DNA from: an uncultured Clostridiaceae bacterium
Lineage (GTDB): Bacteria > Bacillota > UBA994 > PWPR01
Assembly: GCA_964546025.1 (NCBI GenBank)
Contig: CAZJHT010000010.1
Location: 175-64,174, forward strand
Length of the DNA: 64,000 nucleotides
Direction: 5' to 3'
Shown: positions 43,626 through 52,543 of the stretch, one piece after another
Position numbering within the stretch: position 1 is the first letter of the stretch
Layout: each line of letters begins with the position of its first letter
Notes under the pieces: model-generated
The model's input: the letters and a program-made list of their open reading frames with translations, nothing else
Databases searched by the model: none
What the model was told of the DNA's origin: nothing
Position numbers and translations under genes: made by a program

Positions 43626-44825
43626 TTAATATTTTATTCTTTGTCCATCACTCAAGTCAGCACTTGGAGCTTTTACTATTAGATCCCCCTCTTCCAATCC
43701 TGAAATAACTTCAACTCTATCCGATGTAACCAAGCCTACTTCTATCTCTTTTTTCTTAATTGCATTATCCTCAATTATGAAAACATAATTCTTGTCTTTT
43801 TCTATAAACATACTATCTCTTGATATGTTTGTTACATTATTCCTTTTATCAATTATAATTTCAACGTCAAGCTCACTACCGGCAATCCTAGCAAGAATTT
43901 CTGGTAGAGCTAATTCGATACCAACTCTTTTTTGCCTAATTCCTAAATCTGACATCCTTTCAAAAGCTATTGGGTGAATTTTTTCAATGCTTATGACATT
44001 ACCATCTTCTAATATTACTGTTTGCCCCAACTCTATCTCTCTTGCTCTACTTTCCAGAACCTCAAGATATAAATACCTGTTATCAAGGTCAGCTACTTGA
44101 AACAAAACACTACTAGGCAAAATTGTATCACCAACATTTACATCAATCATAACAATTGTCCCCGAAATTGGTGCCTTCACAAAGTAATTATCTTTAGAAC
44201 TTTCCATTCTTTCTAAATTTAACTCGATTTCTTCTATTTGAGCTTTAATATGTTCCCTCTGATATGCACTTCCCCCTCCAACTACATCTTCATATTGACT
44301 CTCTGCAAGCGCATACATAATTTTCGCATTTTGATAGTTTAATCTTACTTTATCTATCTCAGATTTTGATATTATTTCTCTCTCAAATAAAATATTTGCT
44401 CTGCTTAACTCTTCAGCAACATATTCAAAATTAGCCTTCTGCAGCTCTAGCTCTAGACTCGCTTTTTCTAGTGTGGTTTCCTCTGGCTCAATTAAACTTC
44501 GATAAGTAATTTTTGTTTGTTCTAATCTTCTTTTAATAGCAGCAATATCATACTCTAGATCACTAGCCTTTATCGTAACTATTTCATCTCCCTTTGATAC
44601 ACTGTCTCCGACTTGATAGTTTACAAAAAGCACCTCACCATTTATCTGAGCTAGTGTATTTGCTCTGTTCCTAACTCTTATCGTTCCTTTTTCATTAAAT
44701 GATTCAACTACATCCCCCACAATAACTGTTTCTACATTGACCTCTGCAGCAGAAAAGTAGCCATACGCGAAGTATGCTGATATTGCTATTAACGATATTA
44801 CTAAAATAATTATTACTTTCTTCAT
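43626..44825 (-). CDS. HlyD-family membrane-fusion/adaptor protein
   Basis: N-terminal TM, lipoyl-like halves flanking a long coiled coil, and a beta-barrel. Confidence 0.85.
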   Translation of the reverse strand: MKKVIIILVISLIAISAYFAYGYFSAAEVNVETVIVGDVVESFNEKGTIRVRNRANTLAQINGEVLFVNYQVGDSVSKGDEIVTIKASDLEYDIAAIKRRLEQTKITYRSLIEPEETTLEKASLELELQKANFEYVAEELSRANILFEREIISKSEIDKVRLNYQNAKIMYALAESQYEDVVGGGSAYQREHIKAQIEEIELNLERMESSKDNYFVKAPISGTIVMIDVNVGDTILPSSVLFQVADLDNRYLYLEVLESRAREIELGQTVILEDGNVISIEKIHPIAFERMSDLGIRQKRVGIELALPEILARIAGSELDVEIIIDKRNNVTNISRDSMFIEKDKNYVFIIEDNAIKKKEIEVGLVTSDRVEVISGLEEGDLIVKAPSADLSDGQRIKY

Positions 44826-44826
44826 A

Positions 44827-47178
44827 CTAAACCATCCTATTCTTCAAAGCTTCTAAGAACTCAAGTTTCTCTATTCTCCGTCTAGTTGCAAATTGGGCTA
44901 TATATATAAACAAGATTGTTAAGAAAGCAGCCAGAATATAACTCATTATTGACGCATTAATGCTTAATGTATATAGTTCATTTGAGAACATTATATCTAA
45001 GCTTTGTATAAAAGCTTTCCCAAGAGGTATTCCCAAAAGAATACCTAATACTGTCAAAACATAGTTTTCTTTTTTTATTAAAGCAAATATTTCTTTTTTT
45101 CTAAAACCCATTACTCTTAGTGAAGAAAACTCCATTATCCGCTCAGAAATACTCATGTTTGTAGCTGTATAGATAATAACAAATCCAAGGATACCACCAA
45201 AAACAACCATCATTCCAATTGACAATATAATAAGTCCTGTAAACTCCTCAAACACTTCCCGTAATTCTTGATTTGACAATATTGATGATACTACAGGCAA
45301 ATGTTTAAATTTGCTAACAATATTATCCTTTGAATTCACATATATACCTGTCATCATTTCACCATCGAGCAATACTTCATTCATAAACTCTATATTCATA
45401 TAAGCATTGATGCCAAATAACTGTTTGGTGACACCTTTAACCTCAAGTAAAACATTATCTCTTTCAGGGATAAATGATGATACTTCTATGTAATCTCCTA
45501 GCTGCAAATCAAACTTCCTAGCCAAATTTTCAGAGACAATGATTCCAGTACTGGGCACTTTCATTTGCATGTAGCTAAGATCTCTAAAATTATATACGTT
45601 TGTGTTTTCTTCTAAGCCAATAATATTAATAACATAGTTTTCCCTACCTTTTATGAACTCAAAAGGAAACTCGTTTTTTGGTTCAATTAAATCTATATCT
45701 GCAAGTTCTTCAAAGTAATCTATCTGATTCATATTAAGAGGTTGTGAGAAATTAATCTCATATTCCATGGACATAAATTCCCCAAAATGCAAATTAAACA
45801 TCTCATCAAACACATCGTTTATATATACTGAAAACAAAAGAACTGCATAAGTTAGCGATATTCCTAATATGATAAATATTACTCTGCTTTTTGATCTCAG
45901 TATATTTCTTAATACATTTTTCCAACTGAAACTTAGACTTGACCAAAACTTTGGCAATTTCTCAAGTATTGTTCTCTTTCCTACCATTGGTGCTTGGGGT
46001 CTCATGGACTCTGCGGGATGAATTTTTATTATTTTTATAGCTCCATATAATCCCGCTAGGACACAGAAAATAACTGATAGAATCATAGACAATGCTATAT
46101 ACTCATAATATATGTTGACTGTTAATAATGGTATATTAAAAAAATCTACATACATACTGGTCATCATGCCTGATAATGCATACCCTATAATTAATCCTAT
46201 GATTCCTCCAATTATACCAATGCTAATTGCATATTTCATATAATGGAACAAAACTTCTTTATTGCTATATCCCATTGACTTTAATATACCAATAGCTATT
46301 CTATCATTTTCAACTATCCTTTTAAGCATAACTCCTAGAATTATTGCTGCTACTGCTAAGAAAATAAGTGGAATAGAGTTAGATGCTTTTTCAAGTCCAT
46401 TAATCTCTTCATGGACCATTCTATTACTTATTTGTTCACTTCTCTCTGTTATTCTCATAACCCCAGTGTATTTGAGTACATCCTCAAGCAGTTTTTTCAT
46501 GTCATGATTCTTATAATTATCTTCCAAAGTTAAGACAATATTGTTATAATTGCTGCCTAAACCATACTGTCTTGACATAAAACCCTCATCTAAATACACA
46601 ACTCCATAATTTTCTGGGTTTGGCATAAAGGTCTGTTCACTCTCAATTAAGTAGACAAACTCGGGACTTGCAACTAAAGAAACTACAGCTAGTTCTATTT
46701 GCTGGCCATGAGCTTGAAAGATTAAACTATCCCCTATATTAATATTCCTAGCAACTGCTAATTGCTCTAGCACAGCTACTTCAGCGCTTCCCTTTAATGG
46801 CAATCTTCCCTCTATTAATTCTAAGTTATTAATCCTGTCTTCATTCTCTGGCAGAGATATAACTCTAACTGTTACCCTTTCATTTTCATCATTTGTTATT
46901 AAGGGTGCTTCTAAAACATGCCTTCCGTTTGCTTGACTGACTTGTTCTAAAGCCATTATATTATTAATAACAGTTTCATCTGTATTCATCAGTTCGATAA
47001 AATAATCTGCAAAATTACCAGTATCATAATAAGTGTAAAGAGAGTCTTTCAAGTTTATCGAAGAAATATTTAATGAAGTGTAAATCAAAATCCCTATAGT
47101 TAGGACTACTAATATAGCTATGTATTGGCCTTTAGACTCTTTAATTGTTCTAAGTAGTCTAAGATCTAAAATCTTCAT
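44827..47178 (-). CDS. FtsX-family ABC permease with duplicated FtsX domains (MacB/YbbP-type)
   Basis: 783 aa with two 4-TM FtsX modules and large extracytoplasmic domains. Confidence 0.88.
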   Translation of the reverse strand: MKILDLRLLRTIKESKGQYIAILVVLTIGILIYTSLNISSINLKDSLYTYYDTGNFADYFIELMNTDETVINNIMALEQVSQANGRHVLEAPLITNDENERVTVRVISLPENEDRINNLELIEGRLPLKGSAEVAVLEQLAVARNINIGDSLIFQAHGQQIELAVVSLVASPEFVYLIESEQTFMPNPENYGVVYLDEGFMSRQYGLGSNYNNIVLTLEDNYKNHDMKKLLEDVLKYTGVMRITERSEQISNRMVHEEINGLEKASNSIPLIFLAVAAIILGVMLKRIVENDRIAIGILKSMGYSNKEVLFHYMKYAISIGIIGGIIGLIIGYALSGMMTSMYVDFFNIPLLTVNIYYEYIALSMILSVIFCVLAGLYGAIKIIKIHPAESMRPQAPMVGKRTILEKLPKFWSSLSFSWKNVLRNILRSKSRVIFIILGISLTYAVLLFSVYINDVFDEMFNLHFGEFMSMEYEINFSQPLNMNQIDYFEELADIDLIEPKNEFPFEFIKGRENYVINIIGLEENTNVYNFRDLSYMQMKVPSTGIIVSENLARKFDLQLGDYIEVSSFIPERDNVLLEVKGVTKQLFGINAYMNIEFMNEVLLDGEMMTGIYVNSKDNIVSKFKHLPVVSSILSNQELREVFEEFTGLIILSIGMMVVFGGILGFVIIYTATNMSISERIMEFSSLRVMGFRKKEIFALIKKENYVLTVLGILLGIPLGKAFIQSLDIMFSNELYTLSINASIMSYILAAFLTILFIYIAQFATRRRIEKLEFLEALKNRMV

Positions 47179-47179
47179 T

Positions 47180-47884
47180 TTACCACTCTATTTCTTCTGG
47201 ACTCAGTGGTTTCTCATTCAAATAATTCTCAATAATTTCACCACTGCGCATTCTAATTACTCTATCTGCCATCTTTCCAATTGCCGCATTATGGGTTATT
47301 ACTAAAACAGTTTTTTTCAAACTACTATTTATGTCTCTAAGTAGAGATAATATCTTCTTACCAGTATCATAATCAAGTGCGCCTGTTGGTTCATCACAAA
47401 GTAGTAGTTCTGGATTTTTACATACTGCTCGTGCAATAGCTACCCTTTGTTGTTCTCCTCCACTTAATTGAGATGGAAAGTGGTCTTTTCTTTCATCAAG
47501 ACCAACTAAAGTAAATACTTCATCGATATTAAGTGGATCTCTAGCTATTTCTGTTGCTAGCTCAACATTTTCTCTTGCAGTTAAGTTTGCCATCAAGTTA
47601 TAAAACTGAAATACAAATCCAACTTGATACCTTCGATAATCAGTTAAATCTTTCTGACTATAATTTGAGATCTTGCTTCCGCTAAAGAATACCTCTCCAG
47701 AAGTTGGCTCATCCATACCTCCAATGATATTTAATAATGTACTCTTTCCTGAACCACTAGGACCAAGTATAACTACAAATTCTCCACTACCGATTTCAAA
47801 AGAAGCATCTCTTAAGGCATTAACTTTTACTTCCCCCATTAAGTATTCTTTTGATAGTCCGTTTATCTTTAAAACACTACTCAT
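47180..47884 (-). CDS. ABC transporter ATP-binding protein (MacB/LolD-type)
   Basis: [23 protein letters not shown] and [12 protein letters not shown]. Confidence 0.93.
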   Translation of the reverse strand: MSSVLKINGLSKEYLMGEVKVNALRDASFEIGSGEFVVILGPSGSGKSTLLNIIGGMDEPTSGEVFFSGSKISNYSQKDLTDYRRYQVGFVFQFYNLMANLTARENVELATEIARDPLNIDEVFTLVGLDERKDHFPSQLSGGEQQRVAIARAVCKNPELLLCDEPTGALDYDTGKKILSLLRDINSSLKKTVLVITHNAAIGKMADRVIRMRSGEIIENYLNEKPLSPEEIEW

Positions 47885-47976
47885 ATTATCACTTCACTTT
47901 ACTAATATAATGTAATATTCGCTAAAACTTTTTCTTAACCTGCAAAAACACAAAAAAACTGACTCTCTTATGAGAA

Positions 47977-49809
47977 TCAGTTTCCATTTTTATAAGTTGG
48001 CACTATCCTTTTTACTTCTTCAATCAATGACCTTACATCACCTTCAATATATGTTGATAACTCTTCTAATTGTCCACATAACTCTTTAAAATCCAAGTCC
48101 AATGGATGACCTACATATATTGTGTTATTTTCAGTTTTCTCTAAACCTTCTTCATCCATAAGTAATTCTTCATAAAGCTTTTCACCAGGCCTTAAGCCTA
48201 TGAACATAATATCAATATCTTGATAAGGTTCAAAGCCACTAAGTTTTATTAAGTTCTCAGCTAAATCAACTATTTTAACTGGTTCTCCCATGTCAAGGAC
48301 AAAAATCTCGCCACCTTTTGCCATTGAACCAGCCTGTATAACTAACTGAACAGCTTCTGGAATTGTCATAAAGTATCTTGTGATTTCTGGATGAGTTACG
48401 GTAATAGGTCCTCCCTGTTCGATTTGCTTCTTGAATAGTGGGACTACTGAACCATTACTCCCCAATACATTACCAAATCTTACAGCGGCATATTCTGTAT
48501 TACTATTTTTATCATAACTTTGTATAATCATCTCAGCAATTCTTTTAGTTGCTCCCATAATATTAGTTGGGTTTACTGCCTTGTCTGTTGATATTAAAAT
48601 GAACCTATTTGTATTATACATATCAGCTGCTTTTACTACGTTTAGTGTACCAAAAACATTGTTCTTTATAGCTTCATGAGGGTTATATTCCATTAAGGGG
48701 ACATGTTTATGAGCTGCAGCATGAAAGACTACCTCAGGCCTGTACTCACTAAATATGCTAACAATTCTCTTATTATCTCTAACAGATGCTATTAATGGGA
48801 TAATATCAAGTATTGGATGATTTCTTCTAAGTTCATTTAATATATCATACATGCTATTCTCTGAAAAATCTAAAATAATAAGCCGCTTAGGTTGATATTC
48901 AGCTATCTGCCTACAAAGCTCTGAGCCAATAGACCCTCCACCTCCAGTTACCATCACCGTCTTATTATTAACATAAGAAAAAATTGCGTTTACATCTAAG
49001 TGGACTTCATCTCTTCCTAATAAATCTTCAATTTCAACTTCTTTAATCTCTTTAATATCTACTTTTCCATTTATAAGCTCATATATTCCAGGTACTTTTT
49101 TTACTTTACAATCAGTTTTTTGGCATTCTTTATAAACTTGTTGTAGCTGTTTTTTTGTAATTGTTGGAATAGCTATTATGATTTCATCTATATCATACTG
49201 CTTTGCTACTTTTTCAATATCCTTACTAGTTCCAGCTACCCTAACACCTGCAATATTCTTTCCTTGCTTACTTGGGTCATCATCAATAAGTACAGCTGGT
49301 TTACTTTTCAAGTCGTCGTGTTGATTAAATTCTTTAATAACTAAAGCACCAGCTTGCCCTGCACCAATAATCATGATGCGTTTATAATTCCCTTGTGTTT
49401 TAAGAAATGCCTGGAAAATAGATTTTGCTCTTGGTGCAAATCTAGACAATCCCATCAGAGCTGTATCTAATAGCAAAACTAGTAAATATATACTCCTAGG
49501 CAAAGTAACTTGCATAATTACAAAATATGCTATCATTGCTAAATTTGCAATAATTGAAGTTGCAACAATTTGAACCATCTCGGGTATGCTAGCATACTCC
49601 CATATGCTTCGATAGATGTTCATAAAATAGTAAATAAAAAGCTTTAAGGCTATGATTTGAATTATATGATGTCGAATAATCGGATAATAATTTAATAATT
49701 GCCTATTATCAAATGACTCAAATCTTAATATAAAAGCTAATGCTATTGAAATTACAATAAGTATAATATCAAGTATTATATATTTTATTTGATCTGGCTT
49801 GACCTTCAC
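47977..49809 (-). CDS. Membrane-bound polysaccharide biosynthesis protein CapD/EpsC-type (UDP-sugar 4,6-dehydratase)
   Basis: Four N-terminal TM helices, two Rossmann regions (GAGQAG, TGGGGSIG) and the SDR motif YxxxK region. GTG start and TGA stop. Confidence 0.9.
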   Translation of the reverse strand: MKVKPDQIKYIILDIILIVISIALAFILRFESFDNRQLLNYYPIIRHHIIQIIALKLFIYYFMNIYRSIWEYASIPEMVQIVATSIIANLAMIAYFVIMQVTLPRSIYLLVLLLDTALMGLSRFAPRAKSIFQAFLKTQGNYKRIMIIGAGQAGALVIKEFNQHDDLKSKPAVLIDDDPSKQGKNIAGVRVAGTSKDIEKVAKQYDIDEIIIAIPTITKKQLQQVYKECQKTDCKVKKVPGIYELINGKVDIKEIKEVEIEDLLGRDEVHLDVNAIFSYVNNKTVMVTGGGGSIGSELCRQIAEYQPKRLIILDFSENSMYDILNELRRNHPILDIIPLIASVRDNKRIVSIFSEYRPEVVFHAAAHKHVPLMEYNPHEAIKNNVFGTLNVVKAADMYNTNRFILISTDKAVNPTNIMGATKRIAEMIIQSYDKNSNTEYAAVRFGNVLGSNGSVVPLFKKQIEQGGPITVTHPEITRYFMTIPEAVQLVIQAGSMAKGGEIFVLDMGEPVKIVDLAENLIKLSGFEPYQDIDIMFIGLRPGEKLYEELLMDEEGLEKTENNTIYVGHPLDLDFKELCGQLEELSTYIEGDVRSLIEEVKRIVPTYKNGN

Positions 49810-49826
49810 TAAGAACCTCTCCCTAC

Positions 49827-50513
49827 TTACTCTTCATAATCATAATAGTAGTTGTAATATTGACCTCTCTTGTTTTCTGCAAAAGTTAATACGATGCCTA
49901 ATATATTTGCATCAACTCTTTCAAGGGATTTCTTAGTTGCTTTTACTTCATCATGTGTTGACTTACCCAGAGCCGAAACTATTATAACACCATCTACAAA
50001 CCTAGACAACACTGGGGCATCTGTAACACTTAGTACAGGAGGAGTGTCAATTAGAACATAGTCAAAATGCTCACTTAACCTCTTTAATACCTCTCCCATC
50101 CTATCAGATGCTAAAATTTCTGCTGGCATTGGTGGTATCACCCCAGCTGTTATAACTGATAAATATTTAAGTGGCTCAAATTTCTTTATTACTTGCTTGA
50201 GCGGTTGATTTCCTACTATAACATTAGTTATTCCAAATTCATTATCAAGGCCAAATATTTTATGTATACGTGGCTTTCTCAAATCACAATCAACTAGCAA
50301 GACTTTGTCACCTGCTTGAGCTAGAGTTATAGCTAAGTTTGAAATTGTGGTGGTTTTACCATCTTTCATACGAGCACTTGTAAATAACAAGAGTTTCTTA
50401 CTCTTATCTATACCAGTATACTCTAAATTTGTCCTTAACATTCTATATGCTTCTGCTGGAGCAGACTTAGGTTCTCTTAAAGATACGAGACCACCAAGAT
50501 CCTCTGTCATCAT
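49827..50513 (-). CDS. BY-kinase (CpsD/CapB-type tyrosine protein kinase) catalytic protein
   Basis: EPKSAPAEAYRMLRTNL, Walker A SARMKDGKTT, Walker A' VLLVDCDLRKP and a C-terminal Tyr cluster YYNYYYDY. Start set at the ATGATG (50513/50510) that has a correctly spaced GAAGGAG. Confidence 0.88.
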   Translation of the reverse strand: MMTEDLGGLVSLREPKSAPAEAYRMLRTNLEYTGIDKSKKLLLFTSARMKDGKTTTISNLAITLAQAGDKVLLVDCDLRKPRIHKIFGLDNEFGITNVIVGNQPLKQVIKKFEPLKYLSVITAGVIPPMPAEILASDRMGEVLKRLSEHFDYVLIDTPPVLSVTDAPVLSRFVDGVIIVSALGKSTHDEVKATKKSLERVDANILGIVLTFAENKRGQYYNYYYDYEE

Positions 50514-51213
50514 CTCTGTCATCTCCTTCAAATTTTGGCACTATGCCAATTACTGATAAACCAAGCCTCTCAACATCCTCTTCTTTCTTTATAGTGTTGT
50601 CTAACATATTTATTAAAAACACACTAAATAGACCTATCATTGCACTCAATACAAATGATATTGCTAAATTAAGAGTTGTCCTTGGAGATACTGGATTTTT
50701 TCCTGGAATAGCATAGTCAACAATTCGTACATTTTGTACTCCCACAATATCTACTGCTTTATCAATTAATTCTTCAGATAGTCTATTAGCAATAGTTGTT
50801 GCCATCTGTGGATTAGGGTCTTTATATACAACATGCATAAATCTTGAATCACTTATAATAGAAATATCTAAGTTATTCCTAAGCTCCGTAACTGTTAAAT
50901 TCAGTCCTAAAGAATTAATAACTTCAGTTGTTACAAGCCTAGTCTTTATTAACTCACGATAGTCTGACACTAAGTTTCTATCAAACTGAATATCACCTAT
51001 TGATAAATCTAGCCCTCCTATTGAAGAACTATCTTTTCCAATAAAAAGGGTTGCTCTTGATTCATACATTGGTGTTATCAAATTCATTGTAACAAATGCA
51101 GTTATTAATACTCCTATAACAATAAAAATTGCTATTATCCACCATTTTTCTAAAATAATAAAAATTAACTCACGAAGGTCTATTTCTTGGTCAATCATAT
51201 CATGTTGATCCAT
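50467..51213 (-). CDS. Wzz/CapA-type chain-length determinant (BY-kinase transmembrane activator)
   Basis: Two TM helices flanking an extracellular domain, with the N-terminal motif IDLRELIFIILEKWW. The 3' end overlaps the kinase gene by 47-65 nt. Confidence 0.85.
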   Translation of the reverse strand: MDQHDMIDQEIDLRELIFIILEKWWIIAIFIVIGVLITAFVTMNLITPMYESRATLFIGKDSSSIGGLDLSIGDIQFDRNLVSDYRELIKTRLVTTEVINSLGLNLTVTELRNNLDISIISDSRFMHVVYKDPNPQMATTIANRLSEELIDKAVDIVGVQNVRIVDYAIPGKNPVSPRTTLNLAISFVLSAMIGLFSVFLINMLDNTIKKEEDVERLGLSVIGIVPKFEGDDRDDDRGSWWSRIFKRT

Positions 51214-51216
51214 AAA

Positions 51217-51975
51217 TTAACCCCTCCCCCACCATGTCTTCTTTATAGGTCTAGGCTGTTTGAGATCTATACTTTGATTATCAATTATCTTTTTTGGATT
51301 ATTGATAAAAAGATCATCAGCATAATCCCCTATCAAATCTCTTGTTATCTCATACGCTTTTTTCATTCTGGGCTTTCTTGAATCTGCATTGTGGCAGTCT
51401 GATGAAATAATGTGGACAAAATCATGCTCTATTAACCTATGTAAGTTCTTAGTATAACTTTTACTTCTTTTATACAATGAACTTGAATTTACTTGCATCA
51501 AGCAGCCTTTATCAATGAATTTTTCTAAGACTTTTATGTCTAAAAACTTTTCATACCTTTCAATATGAGCAAATACTACTAGATATCCTGCTAATTGCAA
51601 ATTATATACTATATTTTCTAAAACACTATCTTTCCATCTTAACGGTAATTCTAATAAAATATACCTACTACTAGCTAATGATTTACATTGTCCGCTTTTC
51701 AGATTATCTAATATGTGACCATCTAAAAATATCTCATTTCCTAAATAAAGATTAATATTGATATTGCTTTCAATAATTGCTTCTTTTATTCTTCTAAACA
51801 CCTCATCTAGTTTATCACCATCGTAACTATTGTAATTTGGAATAAAGTGCGGTGTTGCTATTATTTCGCTTATTCCTTCATTTTCAGCTATCTTTAACAT
51901 CTCTAGTGTTGTATTGATACTATCAGATCCATCATCAACAAATGGCAATATGTGAGTATGAATGTCAATAAACAT
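51217..51975 (-). CDS. CpsB/YwqE-type PHP-domain tyrosine protein phosphatase
   Basis: MFIDIHTHILPFVDDGS, ATPH and AHIERY motifs. Confidence 0.9.
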   Translation of the reverse strand: MFIDIHTHILPFVDDGSDSINTTLEMLKIAENEGISEIIATPHFIPNYNSYDGDKLDEVFRRIKEAIIESNININLYLGNEIFLDGHILDNLKSGQCKSLASSRYILLELPLRWKDSVLENIVYNLQLAGYLVVFAHIERYEKFLDIKVLEKFIDKGCLMQVNSSSLYKRSKSYTKNLHRLIEHDFVHIISSDCHNADSRKPRMKKAYEITRDLIGDYADDLFINNPKKIIDNQSIDLKQPRPIKKTWWGRG

Positions 51976-52481
51976 TATTGTACCAGTCCTATATATTTTC
52001 CTATCAAACTAATAACTTCATCGTATTCACCAGGGGTCAAATTGTTTTGCAAATATTCTTTTATCTCTTGTTTATCATCTTCACTCAAATTGGTCCTATC
52101 AAATGATAATAGGTAGTCCAAGTCTAATTTTTCTAATAACTCTTTGCCTCTTTCGAGGTCTTGCTCTTCTATACTTTCTAAATACTCATTTATAAGTTCA
52201 TCCACGGTTCCTTCTACTTCATCGTCAATATGAAAGCTATCTTCTACATTAATATTTTGTGTACTAGTATTATCTTCGTAAATTACATTCTCTATTTCAC
52301 TATTGATATTTTCTTTAATAGGCACTATTATCTTAGAGCTTTTAATCAAACTACCACTATCGATATTATTATATGCGACTAAACCTTCAACTTGATTCAT
52401 GCCAGAAAAAATTAAAGGCATGATTATACTAATAGTCAGTAGTATTAATATAAATATGCCTTTTTTCACATTACTCTTCAT
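51975..52481 (-). CDS. Hypothetical membrane-anchored acidic protein
   Basis: 168 aa with an N-terminal TM and an acidic helical C-terminal part. TAATG overlap with cpsB. I recognise no family. Confidence 0.5.
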   Translation of the reverse strand: MKSNVKKGIFILILLTISIIMPLIFSGMNQVEGLVAYNNIDSGSLIKSSKIIVPIKENINSEIENVIYEDNTSTQNINVEDSFHIDDEVEGTVDELINEYLESIEEQDLERGKELLEKLDLDYLLSFDRTNLSEDDKQEIKEYLQNNLTPGEYDEVISLIGKYIGLVQ

Positions 52482-52543
52482 TATTTTTCACCGTACTTTG
52501 GTAGTACTAGGCACTCTTATTTCTAAGAATGCCTAGTCTATTT

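Noticed and set aside
43626-47884. ABC ATPase / FtsX permease / HlyD adaptor cluster as a novel system.
   Set aside because: This is the standard MacB-type tripartite exporter gene set that is common in Firmicutes. Nothing is unusual apart from its position next to an S9 peptidase.
52507-52536. Hairpin CTAGGCACTCTTA-tttc-TAAGAATGCCTAG after the SLH gene as a classical terminator.
   Set aside because: On the transcribed (minus) strand the stem is followed by TACTACCAAAG, which is not a U-tract. The T-run is on the plus strand, where nothing is transcribed into it. It may still pause or stabilise RNA, but I did not list it as a terminator.
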